Positions 35,006 to 53,297 are shown, numbered from the stretch's first letter. The stretch is DNA of 64,000 bases from Macrostomum lignano (GCA_002269645.1 NIVC01000082.1:310001-374000); one strand, 5' to 3'. Notes: generated by a model not told the origin, from the letters alone. Made by a program: numbers and translations.

Positions 35006-35599
35006 TGCTAATCCTAACTAATCAAAATAGCTTTAGAGTTGATAAAGACCAAAATAAAATTGGTCTTATAAAATTATATAAAATCATATAAAATCATATG
35101 ATAGTCATATAAAATTGAGTCAACCAGTTCTCCTACTCACAATTTAGATTGGGATATGACTCAACGACTATTTTGGCCCCATTTTATCCCGCTTCTCTGC
35201 TTCAATTTCTTTTCACTTCCCTTTTTGCTTGCTTTTGCTGCGGTAAGGCGAAGTGGTCCCTTGAGGGGGGATTTCAGGGACTGCCGCTTCCATTTGGAGC
35301 AAATGGGGATCTAGTGCCTTGATTTCCCAGTTATTGGAAGGCTATGTAGAGAGGGGAAGAGGGGTAGTAAGTCAGAGTATATAATGATGTTGATGCTGGG
35401 AGTCTGGTCTCCGTGTGTGTTTGCGCGAGCGAGTGCTCAAACATCTGCCCTCTTCCTGTGTGTCCTGTGGACTCCGCAGTTGATCCCCTCGCACCGATCG
35501 AGGTTGTGAAGATGTGGGCTGTGTCTGGGTGGCACTGCGGCTGGATTCTGGATTTATTATTCAGACTTCACCGATTCCTAATTGCCACTGTCTCTCTTA

Positions 35600-36180
35600 A
35601 TGTCTGCCTTAGTGTCTGCCTTAGAGTCTGCCTTGGTGTCTGCCTTAGTGTCTGCCTTAGTGTCTGCCTTTGTGTCTGCCTTAGTGTCTGCCTTAGTGTC
35701 TGTCTTGATGTCTGTCTCAGTGTCTGTCTTGGTGTCTGTCTTAGTTTCTGCCTTAGTGTCTGTCTTAGTGTCTGCCTTAGTGTCTGTCTTGATGTCTGTT
35801 TTAGTGTCTGTCTTGATGTCTGTCTTAGTGTCTGTCTTGATGTCTGTTTTAGTGTCTGTCTCAGTGTCTGTCTTGGTGTCTGTCTTAGTGTCTGCCTTAG
35901 TGTCTGTCTTGGTGTCTGCCTTAGTGTCTGCCTTAGTGTCTGTCTTGGTGTCTGCCTTAGTGTCTGTCTTGATGTCTGTGTTTAGTGTCTGTCTTGATGT
36001 CTGTCTTAGTGTCTGTCTTGATGTCTGTTTTAGTGTCTGTCTCAGTGTCTGTCTTGGTGTCTGCCTTAGTGTCTGCCTTAGTGTCTATCTTAGTGTCTGC
36101 CTTAGTGTCTGCCTTAGTGTCTGCCTTAGTGTCTGCCTTAGTGTCTGCCTTAGTGTCTGCCTTAGTGCCTGCCTGCCTGT
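35600..36180. repeat. 12-bp repeat GTGTCTG(C/T)CTTA
   Basis: Directly visible. Confidence 0.95.
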
Positions 36181-37074
36181 GTGCCATCTTAATCTCGCCT
36201 TCATCAAACTTCTTTCTTGGTTAATGCACAAACAATCCCAGATGATAATTTTTTAAACGCCGGTCCGCTTCGCTATTGGTCGAGCCGTCAGCCAATGAGA
36301 GCGCGCCTAAGCCAGTCAACTCTTTTCGTCCGTAATTTGCCTTATTTGACCACCACGGGGGAGGGGGGCTTTCTCCTAGAATTTCTCAACTCGGCACTCA
36401 TACATGATAAAGCCAGACTCCGCCCCGAGCGCCCTAATTTTAGGATCCGAAGTTTTCGACTTGAGACCTAACAATCGATATTTACCTGGTTGTCACTCAA
36501 TTTCTGTCTTCAACTAAGTAGCCTCATTTGAACGCTGCAATATTGAGATGCCTTCAAGGCATGGAATGGTGCATTACTATCACAGTGTTTTTAGTCTAAT
36601 AATTATAATATGCATCGTTTCAAACAGACGGTCCCTAGCCGTGCAAAATGGTGAGCAAATTTTGGAATTATTATTCTGTTTGACATTTTCTATGATTAGG
36701 CTTAGAACAGAATCAAATAAATAATTCTTGCTGCATAGAAGAAGCTCAAATAAAAGTGAAGGTGCAAGTCTTGAATGTATGGAACGAATGTTGATTACGT
36801 AATAGGTCTATCTCTGTGTGTGCCTGTGTGGCGATAATGCTATCATTATTGGGCCATGTCTGAGAGGCCATGGATACAGTGGCTCTTCTTATGTCTTTCT
36901 GTGCCTCTCGCACAAAGGCTTTTAAAGCAAGTCTTCAAGATGACCTCCCTTTTTTATCTGCATAAATAAGCTGCAGACTATTGTCTTCCGAGCCCACTTC
37001 GGGTCACGGGCAGAAATTGCTTAGAAGTTGTGCAACTGACAGATGAGCAAGTCGTCTGCTAGCCTAGGGGAAAT

Positions 37075-39640
37075 GGATAGAGATAGATGGACAGGAATGG
37101 ATAGAGATGGACAGGAATGGATAGAGATGGACAGGAATGAAAAGAGATGGACAGGAATGGATAGAGATGGACAGGAATGGATAGAGAGGGACAGGAATGG
37201 ATAGAGATGGACAGGAATGGATAGAGATGGACAGGAATGGATAGAGATGGACAGGAATGGATAGAGATGGACATGAATGGATAGAGATGGACAGGAATGG
37301 ATAGAGATGGACAGGAATGGATAGAGATGGACAGGAATGGATAGAGATGGACAGGAATGGATAGAGATGGACAGGAATGGATAGAAATGGACAGGAATGG
37401 ATAGAGATGGACAGGAATGGATAGAGATGGACAGGAATGGATAGAGATGGACATGAATGGATAGAGATGGAAATGAATGGATAGAGATGGACATGAATAG
37501 ATAGAGATGGAAATGAATGGATAGAGATGGACAGAAATGGATAGAGATGGACAGGAATGGATAGAGGTGGACAGGAATGGATAGAGATGGACATGAATGG
37601 ACAGAGATGGAAATGAATGGATAGAGATGGACAGGAATGAATAGAGATGGACATGAATGGATAGAGATGGACAGGAATGGATAGAGGTGGACAGGAATGG
37701 ATAGAGATGGACAAGAATGGATAGAGATGGACAGGAATGGATAGAGATGGACAAGAATGGATAGAGATGGACAAGAATGGATAGAGATGGACAGGAATGG
37801 ATAGAGATGGACAGGAATGGATAGAGATGGACATGAATGGATAGAGATGGACAGGAATGGATAGAGATGGACAGGAATGGATAGAGATAGACAGGAATGG
37901 ATAGAGATGGACAGGAATGGATAGAGATGTACAGGAATGGATAGAGATGGACAGGAATGGATAGAGATGGACAGGAATGGATAGAGATGGACAGGAATGG
38001 ATAGAGATGGGCAGGAATGGATAGAGATGGACATGAATGGATAGAGATGGACATGAATGGATAGAGATGGATATGAATGGATAGAGATGGACATAAATGG
38101 ATAGAGATGGACAGGAATGAATAGAGATGGACATGAATGGATAGAGATGGACAGGAATGGATAGAGATGGACATGAATGGATAGAGATGGACAGGAATGG
38201 ATAGAGATGGACATGAATGGACAGAGATGGAAATGAATGGATAGAAATGGACAGGAATGGATAGAGATGGACAGGAATGGATAGAGATGGACAGGAATGG
38301 ATAGAGGTGGACAGGAATGGATAGAGATGGACAAGAATGGATAGAGATGGACAGGAATGGATAGAGATGGACAAGAATGGATAGAGATGGACAAGAATGG
38401 ATAGAGATGGACAGGAATGGATAGAGATGGACAGGAATGGATAGAGATGGACATGAATGGATAGAGATGGACAGGAATGGATAGAGATGGACAGGAATGG
38501 ATAGAGATGGACAGGAATGGATAGAGATGGACAGGAATGGATAGAGATGGACAGGAATGGATAGAGATGGACAGGAATGGATAGAGATGGACAAGACTGG
38601 ATAGAGATGGACATGAATGGATAGAGATGGGCAGGAATGGATAGAGATGGACATGAATGGATAGAGATGGACATGAATGGATAGAGATGGATATGAATGG
38701 ATAGAGATGGACATGAATGGATAGAGATGGACAGGAATGAATAGAGATGGACAGGAATGGATAGAGATGGACAGGAATGGATAGAGATGGACAGGAATGG
38801 ATAGAGATGGACATGAATGGATAGAGATGGAAATGAATGGATAGAGATGGACATGAATGGATAGAGATGGAAATGAATGGATAGAGATGGACAGGAATGG
38901 ATAGAGATGGACAGGAATGGATAGAGATGGACAGGAATGAATAGAGGTGGACAGGAATGGATAGAGATGGACAAGAATGGATAGAGATGGACAGGAATGG
39001 ATAGAGATGGACAAGAATGGATAGAGATGGACAAGAATGGATAGAGATGGACATGAATGGATAGAGATGGACAAGAATTGATAGAGATGGACATGAATGG
39101 ATAGAGATGGACATGAATGGATAGAGATGGACAGGAATGGATAGAGATGGACATGAATGGATAGAGATGGACATGAATGGATAGAGATGGACAGGAATGG
39201 ATAGAGATGGACAAGAATGAATAGAGATGGACAGGAATGAATAGAGATGGACAGGAATGGATAGAGATGGACAAGAATGAATAGAGATGGACAGGAATGA
39301 ATAGAGATGGACAGAAATGGATAGATATGGACAAGAATGAATAGATATACATGTACTAATAGACAGGAACTCATCAAGGTTAGAGATAGACACAGGTGGA
39401 TAGAGATTACAGGCAGACAGACACAGGTGGATAGAGACTACAGGTAGACAGGCACTGGTGGATAGAGATTACAGGCAGATAGACACAGGTGGATAGAGAC
39501 TACAGGTAGATAGGCACGGTGGATAGAGACTACAGGCAGATAGAAACAGGTGGATAGAGACTACAGGCAGATAGGCACGGTGGATAGAGACTACGGGTAG
39601 ATAGAAACAGGTGGATAGAGACTACAGGCAGATAGACACA
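37075..39640. repeat. 20-bp satellite ATGGATAGAGATGGACAGGA (to ~39355) followed by a ~27-bp GGTGGATAGAGACTACAGG repeat
   Basis: Strict 20-bp phase over about 2.3 kb. Confidence 0.96.
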
Positions 39641-40334
39641 GAAGTGTTGGTGTTTCACTGCATTCCTGTCTGCGTAATACATGGTCGCACCTTGCGCGCA
39701 ATTACAATTTTACAATAGTTTCCGAAACCGACTGTATCCTGTGTCCCCGATTCGTAATGAAGAAAATGTTTTGGCACAGCGCTGTTTCTGTTTACGCAAG
39801 CAGGGATCGAGGGGATTTTTCTGGACGGTAGGTTGATGAAGCTTGTGTCCGTGGTAGCAGCTGGATGCAGAGATGGGTTTGTATGCATCAAGCATTGTCT
39901 ATATAGTACAGTATATAATACGCATCGCATACTACATATGTTATTGTAGATTTAGTGGGAGTCGCCTTATCTAAGTTCTACCCTACACTGCTATTGTAGG
40001 ATTATAAAGAACGGCTATAGCTTGTGCAGTGTTGTTCCCAGCCTCCTTGACCCAGCCCTGTCACTGTTATTCTTTCTTGTCAGTCTGCCGTCTCTGCTGG
40101 AGGTGGCCTGGCGAGCGCCTCTAAGACAAGGTTTTATATGTCCACATATAGATGGATGGATCTTCAGACTCCCCATCTGGATTTCCCCTACGCAATTTTC
40201 CCCTAGCACACACTACAGCTATGCGCCTGTTAATACTACCTCTAGTTTTTTTCAATCGAATTTTTACTATCTTAGATGCGATTTCGACTGAGTCATACGT
40301 AGCTTCGCGCGATTGGGGTCGTGACCTTTTCCTA

Positions 40335-41115
40335 TCTAGATCCTTAGAAAGGGGTCAGTGACCTACCTAGATCCTTGGAAGGGGTCAGTGACCTATTAAG
40401 ATCCTTAGAAGAGGTCAGTGACCTACCTAGATCCTTGGAAGGGGTCAGGGACCTATCTAGACCTTTCTGAAGAGGTCAGTGACCTACCTAGATCCTTAGA
40501 AGGGGTCAGTGACCTATTAAGATCCTTAGAAGAGGTCAGTGACCTACCTAGATCCTTAGAAGGGGTCAGTGACCTATTAAGATCCTTAGAAGAGGTCAGT
40601 GACCTACCTAGATCCTTAGAAGGGGTCAGTGACCTATTAAGATCCTTAGAAGAGATCAGTGACCTACCTAGATCCTTGGAAGGGGTCAGGGACGTATCTA
40701 GACCTTTCTGAAGAGGTCAGTGACCTACCTAGATCCTTGGAAGGGGTCAGGGACCTATCTAGACCTTTCTGAAGAGGTCAGTGACCTACCTAGATCCTTA
40801 GAAGGGGTCAGTGACCTATTAAGATCCTTAGAAGAGGTCAGTGACCTACCTAGATCCTTGGAAGGGGTCAGGGACCTATCTAGACCTTTCTGAAGAGGTC
40901 AGTGACCTACCTAGATCCTTAGAAGGGGTCAGTGACCTATTAAGATCCTTAGAAGAGATCAGTGACCTACCTAGATCCTTGGAAGGGGTCAGGGACCTAT
41001 CTAGACCTTTCTGAAGAGGTCAGTGACCTACGTAGATCCTTCTGAAGAGGTCAGTGACCTATCGAGATCATTATGAATGGGTCAGTGGCTTACTTAGATC
41101 CTTAGAAGGGTCAGG
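40335..41115. repeat. 30-bp minisatellite containing RGGTCAGTGACCT
   Basis: Alternating monomers give a 60-bp period (lines 40501 and 40561 are identical). Confidence 0.96.
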
Positions 41116-41484
41116 GAGCTTCTTACATCCTTAGCTTAGTACTACTAATTTCATGTTTCCATCATGATAACTGCAACTTGGCGTCAACTTCTTTTTTCTA
41201 AATTCTAAACTTCTAACACTCCGAGATAGGCCGTGACCCCAGTAGCTGAAAAATGAAAGTAAAGTTGACACCTACCCTAAATTTGCGCGCAACTTCAACG
41301 CAAAGAGGTTGGCTAGCCTATCTTTTAAGTAATTAATTAGCTTATCCACTCTATACCTTGCCTCACCAACTACTGCGTTTGCTATGGGGCTTCGGTGCGC
41401 CGTGGGACACCGAATTCCCGATTGGGGAAGAAAGCAATTCGCTAGCTAATTAGCTGGATCATTAGCGTCAGCTTGAGTACAGTA

Positions 41485-43803
<2,319 letters not shown>

Positions 43804-43842
43804 ACACTACTCACAACGTGTGCTCTCACCTGTGCATTGCAG

Positions 43843-43919
43843 AGACCCTACTGGACACCTACTCTGACAATGATGGCAAGTGGGCTGGCTGGGAGTCCGT
43901 CCTCTACAACGGCCTTGGG
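43843..43919 (+). CDS. Eph receptor small exon 2 (start of ligand-binding domain)
   Basis: Acceptor ttgcag|43843. [25 protein letters not shown] resembles the Eph xLLDT...W segment. Donor ggg|GTGAGT at 43920 gives the G|W junction, as I recall it from vertebrate Eph exon 2/3. Confidence 0.8.
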
Positions 43920-44169
43920 GTGAGTATAGCTGAGTGCAGTGAGCTGTCAGGCTTTGACACTCCTGGCTGCAGCCAAGGCGCATGTCTGCACTTTTTTGTT
44001 GTTTTTTATTCCTGCATGTGTGCAGCGGAGCTTGAATTCATACTAAGTGACATCATTGCCGTTTCCTAATGATTGCTTTCTTCTCAATCCTGCCGCTAGC
44101 GTTTGCTAAATCTCTCTTCATCATCCAGCTTCTGCTATTGTTATGCTTTTTTCGCTCTATCTATCCCTC

Positions 44170-44380
44170 ATTTTACCCTCTCTGTCTCACTCTACCCTCT
44201 ATATCTCACTCTACCCTCTGTATCTCTCACTCTACCCTCTCTATCTCTCACTCTACCCTCTCTATCTCTCACTCTACGCTCTCTATCTCTCACTCTACCC
44301 TCTCTATCTCTCACTCTACCCTCTCTATTTCTCACTCTACCATCTCTATCTTTCCCTCGCCTCTTTTACCCTCTCACTCT
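44170..44380. repeat. ~19-bp repeat TCTCTCACTCTACCCTCTC
   Basis: Directly visible. Confidence 0.88.
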
Positions 44381-45129
44381 CCTTTCTATTCTCATTTTTC
44401 CCGACTGATATATCTAGATTAGGATTTCAATTGTGTTAAAGAAATGGCCAATAAATCTTTCTCAATTTATCACTTTTGTACGTCAATCTTCGCATGTTGG
44501 ACAAGTTCTCAACTCTTCTCCGCCCAGAGCGTTCTCATGCTTCAGATCTGCCCAATTTAGCTTTTTTAAATTTTTCTTCTTTTGCGAAAGACTTCTTCTT
44601 CTAGAAGTGTTCTCAGCTAATTTCCTTAACTTTGGTCTCTGCTAGTACTTGCTACTGATATTACGCAACAAAGTTAGTGTATATAAATGAGTGACACTTT
44701 CTGTGCTCAAGTATAGCTCCTGTGCTCAAGATGTCAGAGGTAGTAACGGGCCTCAATTCAATTCGTTTAGGATGAATATTACGAGCATTAAATTGCGTCA
44801 CTTTTTTGCTTTCCGAACTGGTGATGGACAGAAGCAGACTGGAGACCAGACTGGTTCTCTCGTTGCCTCAGTAAACGCTAGGGCTGATTAATATAGTATG
44901 AAACTCCCAGCTGCAGAAATTATGATTGACGTGCATTAGCTGGGACTGCTCCAGAAGTTGGAAAACTGCTTTTTTCAGAGGCACCGTGAGAGACTGTCTG
45001 TCTGAGCGATACAGAGTGAATTTATGCACATGACTGAAGGCATTCACCTGGCTAATTATCCATCAGCTGTTTGGTGTGGGACATGTGTTAGCGTGTTGGG
45101 TGTTGTATTCTTTAGTGCCATTGTTACTG

Positions 45130-46320
<1,191 letters not shown>

Positions 46321-47159
46321 TCTGTCTCTGCCTGTCCTACCTCTCACTGATCTCTCATCAATGGCTACTTGTATTATAACCTACTAGTTTATTAGCAGGC
46401 ATCAGTGCAAATGCAAGATGCCGTAGTTACTAAATAAAAATAATTCAGTGACTGACTGGTCTAAGTGACAATCCAGTAAGAGCTGCACTTCCCGCCCATG
46501 CAGAGCTCTCAGCCAGAGCTGTTCTCAAAACTACAGAAGTTTGAGGGCTGACACTCACTCACTTTCTCTCTCCCACACCCTACAGCCAGCATGAAATCTC
46601 TCTGCTTTTTTTAGTATCCATGCAGGTGAGAATTCTGGCGCTTCTCCACGTCGCCAGACCTCTCTCTCTCACTCTAGCAGATTTATTTTTCTAACAGCAG
46701 AAGCAGAAGTAAAAGCAAGAATATCTGTAAAAGCAAAAAAAGAATTGCTGCAAGCAATCTGACTGCAGCTATGAAGACCATAAATTAAAAGAAATTGAAG
46801 GCTTTTGCTTTCCAACTGTAGTATTAGAAGAATGACCTGGTGAAAGCAGTCCAATACTTACCTGTGGACTTGTCTTCTCTGAGGTGACTCTGCCTCTTTC
46901 TGTGACCGGATGTGCTATAATGCTGCTTGGAATTGGCCACTTCCAACACGTCAATAAAGCATGTTTCTTAGAAAAACGTGTTATTAATTTGGCTGATCGG
47001 CGCAAGCCATGTGTTTTATGGAAAATTTGATTTATGAAACATGAGTTGGGGTTTTTTTTCGACAAAATCTGTTTTTTCTGTTATACACTTGATAAAACAC
47101 ATGTATCGGCTGTGGCCTTGAGCTCGACTCCTCAGATGCAAGTAGATGCTTCTCTATTT

Positions 47160-47530
47160 CGCCTCCTTTCTTCTCTCCTCTCATCTTCCCTCTCTCCTAC
47201 GCTCGTATCTCCTTTCCTCTTCTCTCATCTTCTCTCTCCTCTCTCCTCTCTCCTTTCTCCTCTCCTCTCCTCTCTCCTCTCTCCTCTCTCCTCTCCTCTC
47301 CCCTATCCTCTCCCCTCCCTCCTCTCCCCTCCACTCTCCTCCTCTTCCTTCTCTCCTCTCCTCTCTCCTCTCTCCTCTCTCAACTCTCCTCTCACCTCTC
47401 TCCTCCCTTCTCTCCTCTTCTCTATCCTCTCCTATCTACTCCTCTCTCTTCTCTCCTTTTCTCTCACCTATCCTCTCCTCTCTCCTCCCTTCTATTCTCT
47501 TTTCTCACTCGTCTCTCCTCTCCTTTCGTT
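47160..47530. repeat. CT-rich low-complexity tract
   Basis: Directly visible. Confidence 0.88.
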
Positions 47531-47714
47531 TTATCTCTCTTTCTATTGCATTTCTTTTCCCTGTCAAGCCACAATGCGTGCACACATCAAATGAACTCTG
47601 CGATGCTTCAAAGATCAGAACTATACTTCCTTCCAGTCCATGCGTTTTCTTCCTAAAACAACTAATTCACAACATATCGGTAGCTAACCCGAACATTATC
47701 CCCCCCGATTGCAG

Positions 47715-48152
47715 TGGGTCTCCAGCAACTCGCCAATGGTTGGTGGCCGGTTCACCTACTCGGTGTGCCAGGTGGGCCTCAACGGCTCGGCGGTGTTCAT
47801 GCTGCGAAGTCCCTACATCAACGCCGATGATGCGAAGCGGGTGACAGTGAAGCTGCGTTTCACCAGCAGGAGCTGTACGGCCTACCCCAATCGGGAAGTC
47901 TACATCCGGTGCAAGGAAACGCTCGACCTCATGGTGCTGCAGTCCGACAGGCCATTGAATGGCAGCGATTTGCACGAGTCGAAATTCACTAAACTGAGCA
48001 CTGTGGCTCCTTCGATTACGTTCACAACTGTGTCTAATAACCCCGAGGAGCTGGCCAAGACTGTCAATACCAATTATTACACACTGGATGTGGTTAGGAA
48101 AGGATTCTATATTGGACTGCGAGACACCGGTTCCTGCATGGCCATGATGCAG
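47715..48152 (+). CDS. Eph receptor ligand-binding domain exon
   Basis: Acceptor ttgcag|47715. W...TYSVCQV...LRSPYI...VKLRFTSRSC...CKETLDL...KGFYIGLRDTGSCM has the Eph-LBD Cys pattern and CKETF/GFY/D-G-C motifs. Donor cag|GTTTGT at 48153. Confidence 0.92.
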
Positions 48153-48164
48153 GTTTGTCTGGGG

Positions 48165-48675
48165 GATCTATGATGGGGTCCCTGATGGGATCTAGTGGGA
48201 TAATGATAATGGGATCTAATGTGATCATTATGAGATCCCTGATAGGATCTAGTGGGATAATGATGATAGGATCTAGTGGGATAATGATGATAGGATCTAG
48301 TATGATAATGATGATGGGATCTCTGATGGGATCTAGTGGGATAATGATGATAGGATCTAGTAGGATAATGATGATGGGATCCCTGATGGGATCTAGTTGG
48401 ATAATGATGATAGGATCTAGTAGGATAATGATGATGGGATCCCTGATGGGATCTAGTGGGATAATGATGATAGGATCTCTTATAGGGTCTAGTAGGATAA
48501 TGATGATGGGACCTATGATGGGATCTAGTAGGATAATGATTATGGGACCTATGATGGGATCTAGTAGGATAATGATTATGGGACCTATGATGGGATCTAG
48601 TAGGATAATGATGGGATCTCTGATGGGATCTATAATAAAAATATTGGGATCTCTGATGGATAATAATGGGATCTC
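48165..48675. repeat. GATGGGATCTAGTAGGATAATGAT-type repeat filling the Eph intron 48153-48787
   Basis: Directly visible. Confidence 0.92.
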
Positions 48676-48787
48676 TGCTGGTATCTCAATAAGATTTTAC
48701 GGATGAATTATAGACATGAAGAGTATTCTACGAGTATTAACCCCCGAGATATGCATTCCAAAGCCGCGAATATTCGAACATCAACAG

Positions 48788-49046
48788 GTTGAAATCTACT
48801 ACAACTACTGCCCCAGAGTGGTGCTCAAACTGGCCGAATACGCCAGAACCCCGTCGCCAACTAGCGGCGAGCTCATCCGAGTCAACGGCAGCTGCGCGCC
48901 AAACTCTCAGCTGATGCCCGGCGCCGCCCGGCCGACGCTGCTGTGCCGACACACCGGCGAATGGTTCGGCATTGACGTGGCCACCGCCGGCGACTTCTGC
49001 CGCTGCGCCGCCGGCTACGCCAAGCTGAATGACAGCCTGTGCGAAG
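48788..49046 (+). CDS. Eph receptor LBD end / Sushi-like Cys-rich exon
   Basis: Acceptor caacag|48788. VEIYYNYCP...LAEY..T...VNGSC...LCRHTGEW...CRCAAGY...CE. Phase-1 donor g|GTGAGT at 49047. Confidence 0.92.
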
Positions 49047-49067
49047 GTGAGTGGGCTCGAGTCTGAG

Positions 49068-49858
49068 GCTTCTAGATGCTAGTCCTGAAGTCTTCTAGAT
49101 GCCAGTCCTGAAGTCTTCTAGATGCCAGTCCTGAAGTCTTCTAGATGCCAGTCCTGAAGTCTTCTCAATGCCAGTCCTGAAGTCTTCTAGATGCCAGTCC
49201 TGAAGTCTTCTAGATGCCAGTCCTGAAGTCTTCTCAATGCCAGTCCTGAAGTCTTCTAGATGCCAGTCCTGAAGTCTTCTAGATGCCAGTCCTGAAGTCT
49301 TCTAGATGCCAGTCCTGAAGTCTTCTAGATGCCAGTCCTGAAGTCTTCTAGATGTCAGTCCTGAAGTCTTCTAGATGCCAGTCCTGAAGTCTTCTAGATG
49401 CCAGTCCTGAAGTCTTCTAGATGCCAGTCCTGAAGTCTTCTCAATTCTAGTCCTGAAGTCTTCTCAATGCCAGTCCTGAAGTCTTCTAGATGCCAGTCCT
49501 GAAGTCTTCTCAATTCTAGTCCTGAAGTCTTCTCAATGCCAGTCCTGAAGTCTTCTAGATGCCAGTCCTGAAGTCTTCTCAATTCTAGTCCTGAAGTCTT
49601 CTCAATGCCAGTCCTGAAGTCTTCTCAATGCCAGTCCTGAGGTCTTATCAATGCCAGTCCTGAATTCTTCTCAATGCCAGTCCTGAAGTCTTCTCAATGC
49701 CAGTCCTGAGGTCTTATCAATGCCAGTCCTGAATTTTTCTCAATGCCAGTCCTGAAGTCTTCTCAATGCCAGTCCTGAAGTCTTCTAGATGCCAGTCCTG
49801 AAGTCTTCTAGATGCCAGTCCTGAAGTCTTTTAGGTGCCAGTCCTGAAGTCTTCTAAT
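49068..49858. repeat. 23-bp repeat TGCCAGTCCTGAAGTCTTCTAGA
   Basis: Directly visible. Confidence 0.96.
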
Positions 49859-50194
49859 CTAGTCAAGACCCCCTGAAGGTTTTCTCTCATTGTCGTGAAC
49901 ATCGAAAACTCAAAAATTAATTAGCATCGCGTGCAGAAGCGAGCTCGTGGTGAACCTTCTGGCAAAAAAGTATTGCAATTATTTAATTTAAGTCCTGCGT
50001 CCTATGCAATGAACTTTCCATTCCTTGTCGTAGCTGTAGGAAAAAATATGACTAATCCGGAAAAATTATTTCTTTCTGCGCTCATTTCTGGACTCTGAGT
50101 CCCTTCTGCTCAGGGATCGCACTTCGCTACACTTGAAGGGGGGTTTGTGGAGTATTTGGGGAAAAATGGATCGCTACTCTTTTCTAATCTTTGT

Positions 50195-50910
50195 CTTATC
50201 TGTTCTCTCGTTTACTGTCTCTTATTTACTGTCTCTTATCTACCGTCTCTTATCTACCGTCTCTTATCTACTGTCTCTTATCTACTGTCTCTCATCTACT
50301 GTCTCTTATCTATCTACTGTCTCTTATCTACTGTCTCTTATCTACCATCTCTTATCTACTGTATCTTATCTACTGTCTCTTATCTACTGTCTCTTATCTA
50401 CTGTCTCTTATCTACCGTCTCTTATCTACTGTCTCTTATCTACTGTCTCTTATCTACCGTCTCTTATCTACTGTCTCTTATCTACTGTCTCTCATCTACT
50501 GTCTCTTATCTATCTACTGTCTCTTATCTACTGTCTCTTATCTACTGTCTCTCATCTACTGTCTCTCATCTACTGTCTCTTATCTACCATATATTGTCTA
50601 CCGTCTCTTGTGTACTGTCTTTTGTCTACTATCTCTTATCTACCGTCTCTTATCTACCATATATTGTCTACCGTCTCTTTTGTACTGTCTTTTATCTACT
50701 GTCTCTTATCTACTGTCTCTTATCTACCGTCTCTTATCTACCGTCTCTTATCTACCGTCTCTTATCTACCGTCTCTTATCTACCGTCTCTTATTACTGTC
50801 TCTCATCTACTGTCTCTTATCTACCGTCTCTTATCTACCATCTCTTGTCTACCGTCTCTTGACTACTGTCTCTTGTCTACCGTCTCTTGTGTACTATCTA
50901 CTACTCTCTT
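50195..50910. repeat. 14-bp repeat TCTCTTATCTAC(T/C)G
   Basis: Directly visible. Confidence 0.94.
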
Positions 50911-51734
50911 TTATTCTTCTATTCAGCCACTGTCTTATGTTACAAAACTCTAGTGCCAAAAAGCAGCAGGAATTTAATTGACAGTTCTTCAACAGCAGAT
51001 CGCGCACATGCACACAAACGTAAACAGACAAACTGACAGGCTGCTATTTTTATTTACCTTAGTCTGCTTATTACGTAATCCATCAGGTGGCATCTGCTAA
51101 TGACTCGACAAAAACTTCTTCCATTTTATCTGACATTTTCCTTGCCTGTCGAATATTTAATTACATCTTCTCGATGACTACTTAAATTTGGAAACTTGGA
51201 AACTAATCACCTAATTATATTGTCATTTTATCTTATTTACCTTGATACAATTCAAGTTTCAAGCTATTTAGCTTTATTAGGAAAAGTGATGAGCTTCAAG
51301 GATGGGCTAGAGTGTAGATTAGAAAGTCAAAAAGGGCTGCCTGTGCACCTCTTGCAATTATTATTACCGTATTAATAGCACTATTACAATTAATTTGAGT
51401 TGTAACTCCACTGGCTTCGATAAAAGCAGATTCAGGTCCTGAGTCACGAAGTGTACTGCTTTTTCATTCATATCAGAGTGTTCTTTTTTAATTCTAAAAG
51501 CCAGTGTGAGACAAATTTAGCTGTTATATAGTGTGCTTTATCATCAACTGCCATTTCCTTCTATTGTCTATCCTAGCTAAGCATTGTGATAGCTTTCTGA
51601 GCCATGGGCCTGAAATTGTTGGCTTTAATGGCTTTTATCCCAAAGAATGGGATAAATGTGTGCTTTTTGTCTGAGCCTTTTAAGCCTTTTTGTCTTTTTT
51701 TTCTATACCAACATGCGAGTGTGTTATTTGTTAG

Positions 51735-52250
<516 letters not shown>

Positions 52251-52904
52251 CTCACTAAGCTCACAAGGGCTAAAGTGTTAATCAGATAAGATTTCAGCAT
52301 CACTAGGTGGCCCTAACCTTCTAGATTGTGCGTCGGTTTGATAAGAGCTCAAGGGTCAAAAGCATCAAAGGCAAAGTAAGTCTTTGTTCCATAGATCTGT
52401 GTTGTCAGACTGTCAGCCTGTCAGCGAAAGAATTTTGAAGCCCTGAAGTCGAAAGCAAGAGAGTCCAGTTTTTCTTCGGATCATCGGATGACATTGACAG
52501 CCAGACAGGAACTGGCAGAAGAGTGGAAAGAGAGGGGAGAAAGTCGCGACTTACTAAGCTAACGGTTGCAGTTTCTAGAAAAAGAATAACAATGTCGACT
52601 TCGGTGGTTTGGGGAATGCAGAGTTGATTGATTGCGCAATCCAATGCCAGAATAGTGTGTGTGTGCGTGTCGTGTGTTGGAAAACCTCTCTAGAATGCGA
52701 CACGGCAGACACACCTCTCTCTCTCTCTCTCTCTCTGGTTTTGGCGCCACAGCTGTTGTCTTTGTGTGTTCACTTGGCAGTTGTTGGAGTCTTGGTTCCT
52801 TCTGGCTAAATAAGTTAAGATCCATATGACAAACAAATGCGGGCTTATCTTACTGTCTGTCTACATTCTGAGTTTGTACATCTGGTCTGGTTTAGTTGCA
52901 CCGT

Positions 52905-53205
52905 GTACCTAGCCTTCAGATCATTCACATAGCCTTCAAATCATTCACATAGCCTTCAGATCATTCACCTAGCCTTCAGATCATTCACATAGCCTTCAAA
53001 TCATTCACATAGCCTTCAGATCATTCACATAGCCTTCAGATCATTCACATAGCCTTCAGATCATTCACATAGCCTTCAGATCATTCACATAGCCTTCAGA
53101 TCATTCACATAGCCTTCAGATCATTCACATAGCCTTCAGATCATTCAAATAACCTTCAGATCATTCACACAGCCTTCAGATCATTCACACAGCCTTCAGA
53201 TCCTC
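52905..53205. repeat. 20-bp repeat AGCCTTCAGATCATTCACAT
   Basis: Directly visible. Confidence 0.95.
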
Positions 53206-53297
53206 ATTCTTAAAATTTAAATAGCTACCTTATGTAACCTAAAGTAGGTTCACCAAAGCTTAATTTTCTAGCATAGTTTCTTTTAACCAACTTCCAG

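Noticed and set aside
37021-39393. 760-790 aa ORFs (SISIHSCP...)
   Set aside because: Translations of a 20-bp satellite; open in all three frames only because the unit lacks stops on that strand.
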